A DNA stretch of 64,000 nucleotides from Longimicrobiales bacterium (GTDB lineage Bacteria; Gemmatimonadota; Gemmatimonadetes; Longimicrobiales; Gaopeijiaceae), in assembly GCA_965203485.1 (NCBI GenBank), contig OZ241892.1:1024001-1088000 (forward strand), given 5' to 3'. The notes beneath the pieces were generated by a model. The model saw only the letters and a list, made by a program, of their open reading frames with translations, was not told the origin of the DNA and made no database searches. Position 1 is the stretch's first letter, and each line of letters starts with the position of its first letter. This document shows positions 1-8,578 of the stretch, in pieces. The translations under genes and the position numbers were made by a program.

Positions 1-270
1 CGTCTTGGCCGACACCTCGCTTCCGCAAGAGCGTGGAGCGCCCTCCATCCGTTCCGATGCGGGCTACTGCCCGAATGGGCCAGCGAGGGCAGGATCACGC
101 CCAGCAGCGGCGCTCCAGGCGAGATTGACGGAATTGAAGTCACGGTGTGCAAACTCAGGGGCGAACGGGTGGTTTACTTCGAGACTGACGCCATGGGCAG
201 GGCGACCTTTATCTTTCGATGCGACTACGGTCCCAACTGCAAGCCACGCCCCCACCTGGTGAACATGTAA
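1..270 (+). CDS. Small Cys-rich secreted protein, paralog of 8101-8577 (5' end outside window; apparent 1-nt frameshift)
   Basis: Aligns with 8101-8577: PQERGAPSIRSDAGYCP / EWASEGRITPSSGAPGEIDGIEVTVCKLRGERVVYFETDAMGRATFIFRCDYGPNCKPRPHLVNM*. The C-run at 70-72 is CCC versus CCCC at 8385-8388, so either a real frameshift or a homopolymer error. Stop TAA 268-270 overlaps the next ATG (TAATG). Confidence 0.7.
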   Translation, partial: RLGRHLASARAWSALHPFRCGLLPEWASEGRITPSSGAPGEIDGIEVTVCKLRGERVVYFETDAMGRATFIFRCDYGPNCKPRPHLVNM

Positions 271-1427
271 TGCACGACCGTTCGAAACAAGGCGTGGTGA
301 TGCGCATTGGACGCGGCGTTGTTGTTGCATTGGCGGCTAGTGCGCCGGAGACGGCAGCACAACAGATTCTGGAAGTGGACATGGACGCCGGCCGAGAGCT
401 CGTCGGCGGGATCGAGTACCTGTTCGACTCCAGAACCGCGGCGGTGGACTACGACCGGCGGCTGGTGTTGGTCTCGGAGGCTGCTGATCCACTGGCCGTG
501 ACGGCCTGGTCCTTGGACGATGGTTCGGTGCGGGACGTCTTCGGGGGTGGCCGGCCGGGCGACGGCCCGGGCGAACTCGCAGGGGTGCAAGCGACGGCCG
601 TGGGGCCGGACGGCGTCTTCGTGGCGGGATTCGGCAGGGTGCTTCATTGGAGTTGGTCGGGCGCCCTTCTCCATCAATGGAGGCCGACGGCGCCGGGAGC
701 GCATGCCGTGTGCGCGTTGAACAGCCGTCCGGCGGTCCCGTTGCATCCGAGGGGTCTGGTATTTCGTGGCGACGACGGCGAGAGCGTTGCGTTGGGCGGG
801 GAAGCCAGCGCTCGGTTGGACTGGGACCGGAAGCGGCCTGACGATCTCCTCTCCAGCTATTCCGCCTACAGTTCAACCTTGATGACATGTGCGGACTCTG
901 CCGCATACGTGCTGCACAGCGCTGGCCACACGCTCACGGAATACAAGACGAGAGCGGAGCCGCGCTTGATCGCAATGCCCGCGGAGTTGGCGGAAGCGGC
1001 ACGCAAGAAGATGGAGTCTTCCACGCAGAACGCCTTTTCTTCTGGATACTCCCAACTGTTCTTGGCCGACGACGGTCGGCTCGTCGTCATGACGAAGGCG
1101 TACGGGTTGGCGGGAGCTGTGGTGGACCGGGCGACGGGTTGCTACGCGCTGTTGAAGAACAAGCCCGATCCGCCCGTCTGGAGCTACGTCGGGATGTTTG
1201 CCGACAGCCTCGTGACGCTGGAGGGCAGCCGGCAACCGACGACGATGGTTGTGGACGGGAAGGAACGCCGCGTGTTTGTGGGGGACGAGACGCACATCTT
1301 CGTGCGCCCGGTTCGGCCCGCCTCGGGCGTGCCCTGCGACCCCGGCGGCCTGGCGGCGTTCGTGGAGTTCGGCGATCTGGACGTGCCGGCCGTGGTCGCG
1401 CGCAGGTTGCCGGCCGAAGTGCGGTAG
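270..1427 (+). CDS. Secreted beta-propeller protein (6-bladed/NHL-like, GDGPGE motif), cassette copy 1
   Basis: GRPGDGPGELAG motif, beta-rich, signal-like N-terminus (alternative start ATG 300). Strongly similar to 8579-9625, but the C-terminus is extended by foreign sequence after PASGVPC. Confidence 0.75.
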   Translation: MHDRSKQGVVMRIGRGVVVALAASAPETAAQQILEVDMDAGRELVGGIEYLFDSRTAAVDYDRRLVLVSEAADPLAVTAWSLDDGSVRDVFGGGRPGDGPGELAGVQATAVGPDGVFVAGFGRVLHWSWSGALLHQWRPTAPGAHAVCALNSRPAVPLHPRGLVFRGDDGESVALGGEASARLDWDRKRPDDLLSSYSAYSSTLMTCADSAAYVLHSAGHTLTEYKTRAEPRLIAMPAELAEAARKKMESSTQNAFSSGYSQLFLADDGRLVVMTKAYGLAGAVVDRATGCYALLKNKPDPPVWSYVGMFADSLVTLEGSRQPTTMVVDGKERRVFVGDETHIFVRPVRPASGVPCDPGGLAAFVEFGDLDVPAVVARRLPAEVR

Positions 1428-1984
1428 CGAGCGTGTCGACGGGCGCTCCCCTTGCGTGGGCTCGCCGGTCCGTGGACGCCGTGCGGATCAGGGCCCCGGC
1501 TTTGCGGGCGGTCGGCGTTGCGATCCTCTTGGGCGGCCTTTCGTGGCGACCTTGGCCGTGGCTGGCTCGGCGCTTTGGGGCTGGACGATGCTCTGGTCCT
1601 ACGTGGAGCAGGCCGCGGCCCGTCGGGGTCGCGCGGCCGGCGTCCCCGGTCCCCTCGTCTCTCGCCCGCGAGACGGAGTTCCCGGCCGGGTCGCGCGGCC
1701 CCGCCGGGGGCTCCGCTCGACGGGGCTTTCGGCGGCCCTTCCGGAGCCGCCGCCGCCCGAACGGCGGCCACCGGCGGCGCCGCGGAAGTCGAATCTCGCA
1801 AAAACGCTTGTTCAGCAACGTGAATTGGCGTTTTTCGCCCCCGTGGCGAGGCGTTCTCCGTGCCCCGCAATTTGCCAATTGCGGATCGATTGCTCAACTT
1901 GCTTGGTCCGTGACGGAGAGGTGCGGATCGAGAGTGAAGCGCCGGGGGCGGCCCGCAAGGGACCCGTCGGCAGTCGCGGGAAAG
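1247..1984 (+). repeat. ~740 bp direct duplication, copy 1 (copy 2 at 6031-6771)
   Basis: Near-identical sequence from GGTTGTGGACGGGAAGG to CAGTCGCGGGAAAG at both positions. Copy 2 starts exactly at the IS3 end. Confidence 0.95.
1872..1900 (+). promoter_or_regulatory. sigma70-like promoter TTGCCA-N17-CAACTT (duplicate of 6659-6687)
   Basis: 17-bp spacer. Homologous to TTGCCA-N17-TATAGT at 12921-12949. The same CAACTT -10 occurs upstream of rplU. Confidence 0.5.
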
Positions 1985-2025
1985 AAGACTCGTCCTTTCG
2001 TCTCTCATCGACAGGAACTCACGCC

Positions 2026-2394
2026 ATGAACGACAGACAGCGCCGACCCTCCCAACATGCGTTCGCCAGACTGTCTTCGGCGGCCTTCCACGCTGGCTTT
2101 CGCGGAATGCTCGCCGCCGCCAAGACGCGTCACTTAAGCCGGGTGATGGCCTGGACGAAACGAGTCGTCTTGGGTTGGGCCTTGATCATCATTCTTGGTG
2201 GTACCGGCGTCCTGATTGCAACCGAGAGATTACCTGGCGACCAAAAGGTATGTGCAACTTTTTGTCCCACGGACCCAAGTAGCTTCTGTTTGTTTCTTGG
2301 CCACGGCGCCTCCGGAACTTGCAGTCGCGAGGCCTGCTCAATGGCACCATTTATCTTCCCAACAACCATTACATGCGATCTAGCCTTGCGATAG
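2026..2394 (+). CDS. Secreted 6-Cys peptide precursor (alternative start ATG 2146)
   Basis: RBS-like ACAGGAAC upstream. Hydrophobic signal MAWTKRVVLGWALIIILGGTGVLIA, then KVCATFCPTDPSSFCLFLGHGASGTCSREACSMAPFIFPTTITCDLALR with 6 Cys. The N-terminus from ATG 2026 is homologous to that of 8101-8577. Confidence 0.7.
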   Translation: MNDRQRRPSQHAFARLSSAAFHAGFRGMLAAAKTRHLSRVMAWTKRVVLGWALIIILGGTGVLIATERLPGDQKVCATFCPTDPSSFCLFLGHGASGTCSREACSMAPFIFPTTITCDLALR

Positions 2395-2437
2395 AGCTGC
2401 GCCCGGATTCTCGAATCGGCAACGGTCCAACAGCTTT

Positions 2438-2750
2438 GGCTCTTCGCCTGATGTGGTGGGGAAGGACAGGGGACGGGGACGGAACGGGGATGGCACGGGG
2501 CACGGCGGGTCAGTGCCGGGCGAGGCACAGACAGAGGTCGAGGCCGCCGAGGTGGAAGAGAATGGCCGCGGCGAAGCGGTCCTGGTTGGGAACCCACGAC
2601 TCCGGGCCTGATCGCTTGGATGCGGCTGTTGGCGCCCTCGGCCGGGCCGTTGGTGGCGTTCAGCACGACGGCGTTGACGATGCCCGCAGGTGTGTCCGGA
2701 CCATCGCCGCCGCCTCCTCGACCGGCCCGAGTCCGAAGGCCGACGCCCAT
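2438..2750 (-). mobile_element. ISL3-family remnant (3' end of transposase plus terminal IR)
   Basis: IR GGCTCTTCGCCTGATGTGGTGGG at 2438. The minus strand encodes GIVNAVVLNATNGPAEGANSRIQAI...DRFAAAILFHLGGLDL across a frameshift, the typical ISL3 transposase C-terminus. Confidence 0.8.
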
Positions 2751-2816
2751 TGCAACCCCGTTACTCCTCGCTGGTCGAGACACTGTTCTTTTCATTGCGT
2801 TTTATGAGGTCTGAGA

Positions 2817-4727
2817 TTGTCAGTCACTCGTCTTGAGAATGTCGCTAAATATGCCACTTATGGCTTAATTGCAGTGACATCGCTGCTGGTGCTGGTGCTT
2901 CTCGGGCGTCGACAAGATGTGGTCGTCACTGAATTCGAAGACATGCCTGCGCCAGTTTATATACCTTTTTGGCGAGATATTGCCGATCTTGGTATAGCAA
3001 TGAACGATGACGGTTCTGCAGATGTAACGGTCATCATTTTTTTCGACCCTCAATGTCCGATCTGTCGGTCATTACATCGCCAGACGATTAAGCCTTTGTT
3101 ATCGGAGACGATGTGGGACGATGTGGAATTTGTCTACGTTGGATATCCGCTTGAGTATTATGAACATTCGAATATTGCAGTGCGCTATTCTATATGTGTA
3201 GCATCCCTTGGCGATTTTCCATCGTGGATGGACAATCTCTATGAGAAGCAAGATTATATCGGAAACAGAAATTGGAGATTATTTGCAAAAGATGTGGGAA
3301 TCAAAAATACAGATAAATTGGAGGAATGTATAAAAGAAGAATCTACAACACGGCAAATTCAAGATATGCTAACCTTTGGTGAAAAAATTGACATACATGG
3401 TGTCCCTGCCATAATTATAGATGGTTGGAAATATCAATACACACCATCGGATAGCTCGCTTCGTGAGATTCTTCATGTTGCATTGGGCAACACTGAACGA
3501 AAATCAGAACCGCATCCAACGTCAAGCGATTCTCTCTTTTCGATACCTTTGATACATTCGAAGATGGAACTGCAAATTGGCAACGAACATGACGTCTTAT
3601 GGACATTGCAGACTGTTGAGGATATAGTAATCGGCGATGACGGACGTGTGTTGGTTTCGCAACCGGGGATTCCAGAAATTCGGGTCTTTGGGCATGATGG
3701 CGAGATCATGGCGACCATCGGCCGCATGGGCGATGGACCTGGAGAGTTTGCGAGCATCGACGCCATGACATGGCAAAATGGAAAAATTATTGTAAATGAC
3801 AATCAACTACTGCGCACTAGCGTTTTTGAACAAGACGGCACTTTTCTGGAATCCAAGCAATGGCTCGTCGACCTGACGCCAACTCATCATGGACGGTTTT
3901 CATTTTTCCCCAATTCGCCGCGTGTCGTTTTCCCAGACGGAACCGGCATCGTCAGGCCGAACATCCTAGCTTTGCCGGACAGACCGGCACACGGGATAAA
4001 CCGCGTGGAGGATCGTGTGCCCTTCTTGAAGATTGACGCAGATGGACGCGTTGTCGACACGCTTGCGTGGGAAGAGACCACGGCGACTGTGTTGACAATG
4101 GAACGACGACAGGCAATGCACTCGATCGTGTCTCCTTTTGGCGAGAACAAGCGGACCACGGTGACGAGCAAGGGAGGCATCGTGGAGGCAAGCGTGAGCC
4201 ACGGGCATGATGGAAGACGTGCGATGAACGCCATTCGAATATGGGCACTTGATCCGACGGGCGATACAGCATGGATTCGAGAATACGAATATCGACCTAT
4301 ACCGGCAACACGGGAGCTAGCGAAGTCGCTGGTCCAAGATGCCGTAGTTTTTTCAGGAGATCCTCAGCATCAACCCTCGGCTGAGATCTTTTATGACGAG
4401 CTTGTAAGGAGAGGAGCGATCAGAGACGATCTGCCGGCATTTTCAGATCTCCATGTCGGCCAGGACGACATCATATGGTTGCGGAGAGATGTGAATTTGA
4501 CGTCGGCTGAATACGCCATCTTGGACATGCTCGGAAACGTCAGAGGAACGGTGCAACTTCCCAGGCGACATCGCGTGACGGCGAGCCGCGACGACGTCGT
4601 GTACGCCGTTGCGGAAGGCGCATTGGGCGTTCCCGTGCTGTTCCGGTACAGCATTGAGATGCCTGAAGCCTTCAAGAGCGCGTGGCAGTCAGAACGTGCT
4701 GGAAGATCGACAAGAGAGCGGAATTGA
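2817..4727 (+). CDS. Membrane-anchored DsbA/thioredoxin-fold domain fused to a GDGPGE beta-propeller
   Basis: N-terminal TM helix, FFDPQCPIC (CxxC), cis-Pro loop HGVPAIIIDG, then IGRMGDGPGEF propeller. Visibly more AT-rich than the flanking DNA. Confidence 0.85.
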   Translation: MSVTRLENVAKYATYGLIAVTSLLVLVLLGRRQDVVVTEFEDMPAPVYIPFWRDIADLGIAMNDDGSADVTVIIFFDPQCPICRSLHRQTIKPLLSETMWDDVEFVYVGYPLEYYEHSNIAVRYSICVASLGDFPSWMDNLYEKQDYIGNRNWRLFAKDVGIKNTDKLEECIKEESTTRQIQDMLTFGEKIDIHGVPAIIIDGWKYQYTPSDSSLREILHVALGNTERKSEPHPTSSDSLFSIPLIHSKMELQIGNEHDVLWTLQTVEDIVIGDDGRVLVSQPGIPEIRVFGHDGEIMATIGRMGDGPGEFASIDAMTWQNGKIIVNDNQLLRTSVFEQDGTFLESKQWLVDLTPTHHGRFSFFPNSPRVVFPDGTGIVRPNILALPDRPAHGINRVEDRVPFLKIDADGRVVDTLAWEETTATVLTMERRQAMHSIVSPFGENKRTTVTSKGGIVEASVSHGHDGRRAMNAIRIWALDPTGDTAWIREYEYRPIPATRELAKSLVQDAVVFSGDPQHQPSAEIFYDELVRRGAIRDDLPAFSDLHVGQDDIIWLRRDVNLTSAEYAILDMLGNVRGTVQLPRRHRVTASRDDVVYAVAEGALGVPVLFRYSIEMPEAFKSAWQSERAGRSTRERN

Positions 4728-4886
4728 TCCGATGAGCACGAGCCAAGGAACTGAAACGGTGGAGTTGACCCGGTATGGTGGACGGGCAAGGATCTTGGGT
4801 TCAGGTAGTGCGATGTGAAACATGACTTTGGGAAGGACGGAGGCGCAAGGGCGCCGAACGGCCTCGTGTCGAGGGGGTCGGTGCAC

Positions 4887-5660
4887 CTACGCGACCGCAC
4901 GCTTGCGCTCGAAGCCGGCGGGGATTCGCAGTCGAGCGCCGAGAGTCGGCGCCGCGAGTTGTAGAAGCCTTCGATGAAGGCGAAGACGGCGCGCCGGGCT
5001 TCGGCCGGACTTGTTGAACTGGCAACGGTCGAGCAACTCGCATTCCAACGTGGCGAAGAAGCTCTCGCACATCGCGTTGTCGTAGGCGTCGCCCACCGAG
5101 CCCGTCGAGCGACGCACGCCGGGCTTCCTGCACCGCTCGCCGAACGCCGAGGACGTGTACTGCGACCCCTGATCCGAATGATGGATCACGGTCTCTGGAC
5201 AGCGGTTCTCGACGGCCATGGCGAGCGCGCGCTCGACGAGTTCGCCGCGCAGGTGCGTCTCCATGGCCCAGCCGACGACGCGGCGGCTCCAGGCGTCGAC
5301 GACGACGGCCAGGTAGAGCCATCCGGCCCCGGCCGACACGTGCGTGATGTCGGCGACCCAGAGCTGGTCGGGGCCTTCGGCGCTGAAGTCGCGCTCGACC
5401 AAGTCCGGAGCCGGGCGCGCGTCGGCGTCGCGCACCGTCAGCGCCACCTTGCGGCGCCTGCGGCTCGCGCCCTCGATGCCCTCCTCGCGCATGAGGCGGG
5501 CGACGCGCTTCGAACCGACGCGCTCGCCCCAGGCCGCGAGATCGGCGTGGATGCGCGGCCGACTCGCTTCCCAGCTACGGCGCACCGAGACGCGCAACGC
5601 GTCGTCGCGCAACGCGCTCGCACATCGCGCGCACGGGAAACACGGCCCGGTGCGCTTTCA
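4887..5660 (-). pseudogene. IS3 OrfB DDE transposase, frameshifted/deleted
   Basis: WVADITHV, HHSDQGSQYTS and DNAMCESFF motifs are present. Homology breaks near the N-terminus and after ELLDRCQF. Confidence 0.8.
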
Positions 5661-5972
5661 CGAACTCGAACCCTCTCCGGGAATCGAGCCGCTCTCCCGA
5701 GCGAACCAGGCCGCGGCTTTTTTTAGGATGTCGCGCTCGAGGCGCAACTGCTTGTTCTCCCGCTTCAGGCGGCGCAACTCGTCCCGCTCGCGCGTCGTCG
5801 TCCCGTCGTCGCGACGGCCCTCGTCGAGATCGGCCTGCTCGACCCAGTTGCGGATCGTCGGCGCCGACGGCTCGAACTCACGCGCCAGCGCCTCCGGCGA
5901 CCGGCCCGAACGCGCCAGATCCACCATTCGCCGCCGGTACTCCAGCGGGTACTGCTTGCGTTTCTTCGGCAT
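5658..5972 (-). CDS. IS3 OrfA (HTH)
   Basis: MPKKRKQYPLEYRRRMVDLARSG...LKRENKQLRLERDILKKAAAWF. Confidence 0.85.
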   Translation of the reverse strand: MPKKRKQYPLEYRRRMVDLARSGRSPEALAREFEPSAPTIRNWVEQADLDEGRRDDGTTTRERDELRRLKRENKQLRLERDILKKAAAWFARESGSIPGEGSSS

Positions 5973-6030
5973 CGTGGACTCCTCCTCGTCCCGAAAGATT
6001 GAACGTGTCCACCATGCCGGGGCAACTCCA

Positions 6031-6771
6031 GGTTGTGGACGGGAAGGAACGCCGCGTGTTTGTGGGGGACGAGACGCACATCTTCGTGCGCCCGGTTCGG
6101 CCCGCCTCGGGCGTGCCCTGCGACCCCGGCGGCCTGGCGGCGTTCGTGGAGTTCGGCGATCTGGACGTGCCGGCCGTGGTCGCGCGCAGGTTGCCGGCCG
6201 AAGTGCGGTAGCGAGCGTGTCGACGGGCGCTCCCCTTGCGTGGGCTCGCCGGTCCGTGGACGCCGCGCGGATCAGGGCCCCGGCTTTGCGGGCGGTCGGC
6301 GTTGCGATCCTCTTGGGCGGCCTTTCGTGGCGACCTTGGCCGTGGCTGGCTCGGCGCTTTGGGGCTGGACGATGCTCTGGTCCTACGTGGAGCAGGCCGC
6401 GGCCCGTCGGGGTCGCGCGGCCGGCGTCTCCGGTCCCCTCGTCTCTCGCCCGCGAGACGGAGTTCCCGGCCGGGTCGCGCGGCCCAGCCGGGGGCTCCGC
6501 TCGACGGGGCTTCGGCGGCCCTTCCGGAGCCGCCGCCGCCCGAACGGCGGCCACCGGCGGCGCCGCGGAAGTCACGCGAATCTCGCAAAAACGCTTGTTC
6601 AGCAACGTGAATTGGCGTTTTTCGCCCCCGTGGCGAGGCGTTCTCCGTGCGCCGCAATTTGCCAATTGCGGATCGATTGCTCAACTTGCTTGGTCCGTGA
6701 CGGAGAGGTGCGGATCGAGAGTGAAGCGCCGGGGGCGGCCCGCAAGGGACCCGTCGGCAGTCGCGGGAAAG
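6031..6771 (+). repeat. ~740 bp direct duplication, copy 2 (propeller 3' end, spacer, RNA promoter)
   Basis: Matches 1247-1984. Confidence 0.95.
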
Positions 6772-7164
6772 CCGGAAGCCGGACAGGCTTCGCGCACAAG
6801 GGGAGGGGAGTCCCGTCAGGGACGACCGGCCCTGGACGGCGAGTCTTCCGGAAGTCGGCAGCGCCGGGGAGGCCGGGCGTCGCGTTGCGAGACGCAGGCG
6901 GTGCGGTTCCACGGCGAGCGCGGCATCCCGGTTTCGGCGGGAGCCGCGACGGTTGCAAGGTCGCTGGACGCAACCGGAGTCCCCGGGAACGGGGGACGGC
7001 CCGAGCCGCGGAGAGCGCCGGAGACGGCGAAGGAAGCGGGGAGGGAGAAGAGCACGGAGGACCGTGCCGCTGCACACGGCGGCGCCGAAACGGAGCCCTC
7101 CCGCTCGCCAGCGAGATTGAGCCCCCGGCCGGGTGGTGTGCCTCCCGCCGGGGGCTCTTTTTTT
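6693..7164 (+). ncRNA. Diverged second copy of the putative large structured RNA
   Basis: Colinear with 12955-13421. Same hairpins (CCC-GCAA-GGG, GCGTT-GCGA-GACGC, CCCCG-GGAA-CGGGG, CGCCG-GAGA-CGGCG, GCACGG-AGGA-CCGTGC), promoter at 6659-6687 and terminator at 7119-7164. Confidence 0.55.
7119..7164 (+). terminator. Intrinsic terminator
   Basis: GAGCCCCCGGC...GCCGGGGGCTC stem followed by T7. Confidence 0.85.
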
Positions 7165-7395
7165 GCGTGCGTTGCCCGTCTGGTCGCCGCGCGTTGTCCG
7201 TCCGCCGGCGGGTTACATTAAACGGCTTGGCTCGAGCCGGTCCTTGGAACCGAACGCGGGGCGGTTCCGTAGTGGAGCGTCCGAAAGCGGCGGGCCGCAC
7301 GTCCCCTTCAACCCGGTCTTCCCCGTGCGGGTTCCCAAACGACCGGCAACACTCGGAGCGCCGCCCTCCTCCTGGGACGGCGGCGAGCGCAACCC

Positions 7396-7647
7396 ATGAC
7401 CGAACCAAAGGAATCCGCCGAGGCCGAGGCCGGCCCGGACTCCCAGACCAGACGACGATTCGACCCGAACGACATCTCTCCGGAGTTCGTTCACGACAAC
7501 TACGGCCTTGAAGAGGCGCTTTGGTTCCTCGCCGGTAGCCCCGGCGGCGACGGGCGCGCCGCGGCGTGGTTTCTCGCCTACGTTGCGGCGTGGCTGGGCG
7601 TGGGTGCGGCCGGCATCCGCGCCGTAGCCGAGCGCCGGGCCACGTAG
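7396..7647 (+). pseudogene. Chimeric ORF: first ~37 codons of an rpsA paralog fused to an unrelated hydrophobic fragment
   Basis: RFDPNDISPEFVHDNYG matches S1 N-terminus RFDPDDISPEFVHDTYG (13639). The upstream leader is also homologous. Confidence 0.75.
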
Positions 7648-7675
7648 GTGCTCCTGCCGTCGCCCGAAAGCGGAT

Positions 7676-7704
7676 TTGACACGCAATGACCGATTGATTA
7701 CCTT
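7676..7704 (+). promoter_or_regulatory. Strong sigma70-like promoter TTGACA-N17-TACCTT
   Basis: Consensus -35, 17-bp spacer, TAnnnT -10. Points toward the peptide/propeller cassette at 8101. Confidence 0.6.
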
Positions 7705-7719
7705 GCCGTAAGATATACA

Positions 7720-8066
7720 GGCTCTTCCCCTGTTTCGGTGGGCGTCGTAGGATGGACAGGAGTGGCGGCGTGACTCTGGGAGCGAGGAGAGCGGATGGAG
7801 ATGCGGGAGTGGGTGGAGCGGCTGATGGGTCTGGGGCCGGAGTGGCGGATCGAGCGGGTGGACGAGGATTCGGAGCGGCAGGACGCGCGGGTGGCGCTGG
7901 CGCGCGAGGCGGGTTCGGCGTTGCGGTGTCCGGAGTGCGGGCGGGCGTGTCCGGGTTGCGGCGGGAGTGGCGGGGGCTGGACGCATGGGGATACAAGACG
8001 TTCGTGGTGTACGACGTGCCTCGGGTGGAATGTCCCGAGCACGGGGTGGTGACGACGCGGGTGCCG
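7720..8066 (+). mobile_element. ISL3-family remnant (left IR plus transposase N-terminal zinc finger)
   Basis: IR GGCTCTTCCCCTGTTTCGGTGGGCG. Encodes LRCPECGRACPG / REWRGLDAWGYKTFVVYDVPRVECPEHGVVTTRVP (frameshifted). Confidence 0.85.
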
Positions 8067-8100
8067 TCTCTCATCTCTCCTCGACAGGGAACTCCCGCCC

Positions 8101-8577
8101 ATGAGTGACAGATACCGACTCTCTCAGTTTCTGTTTGCCGGATTGCTTTCGGCGGCTTTCCAGGCTGGCGTTGCCCCGGCGGCAACTGGAGCCCTTCAAT
8201 CCCCCTCTTCGTTCTTCGTAGGCGCGACGGAAGCGTATGGTGACGTAGGACAAGTCGGTGGTGCGGACGATTGGATGGCGGCCACAAAGGACTTCGTCGC
8301 CGGCGAGCAGCGCGCCCGCACCGAAGACGTTGCGCCCCCGCAAGAGTGTGGAGCGCCGTCCATCCGTTCCGATGCCGCCTACTGCCCCGAATGGGCCAGT
8401 AAGAGCAGGATCACGCCCAGTAGCGGCGCTCCAGGCGAGATTGACGGAGTCGAAATCACGGCGTGCAGGCTCAGAGGCCAGAAAGTGGTTTACATCGAAC
8501 ACCTCTGGTTCGATACCTTTGCTGTCTGGGAATGCGACTACGGCCCATGTGGAACCCGCTCTCACATTTCGCACTGA
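8101..8577 (+). CDS. Small secreted Cys-rich protein (158 aa)
   Basis: Signal-like N-terminus (MSDRYRLSQFLFAGLLSAAFQAGVAPA), 5 Cys, C-terminal CDYGPC motif. Paralog of 1-270. The propeller ATG follows 1 nt after the stop. Confidence 0.8.
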   Translation: MSDRYRLSQFLFAGLLSAAFQAGVAPAATGALQSPSSFFVGATEAYGDVGQVGGADDWMAATKDFVAGEQRARTEDVAPPQECGAPSIRSDAAYCPEWASKSRITPSSGAPGEIDGVEITACRLRGQKVVYIEHLWFDTFAVWECDYGPCGTRSHISH

Positions 8578-8578
8578 C

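Larger units (their letters stand above)
4760..6030 (-). mobile_element. IS3-family insertion sequence (1271 bp), orfB degenerate
   Basis: Imperfect IRs TGGAGTTGACCCGGTATGGTGGAC (4760) and the reverse complement of TGGAGTTGCCCCGGCATGGTGGAC (ending 6030), with TG...CA termini. Contains orfA, an A7G slippery site at 5717-5724 and a DDE orfB. No clear target-site duplication. Confidence 0.92.
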
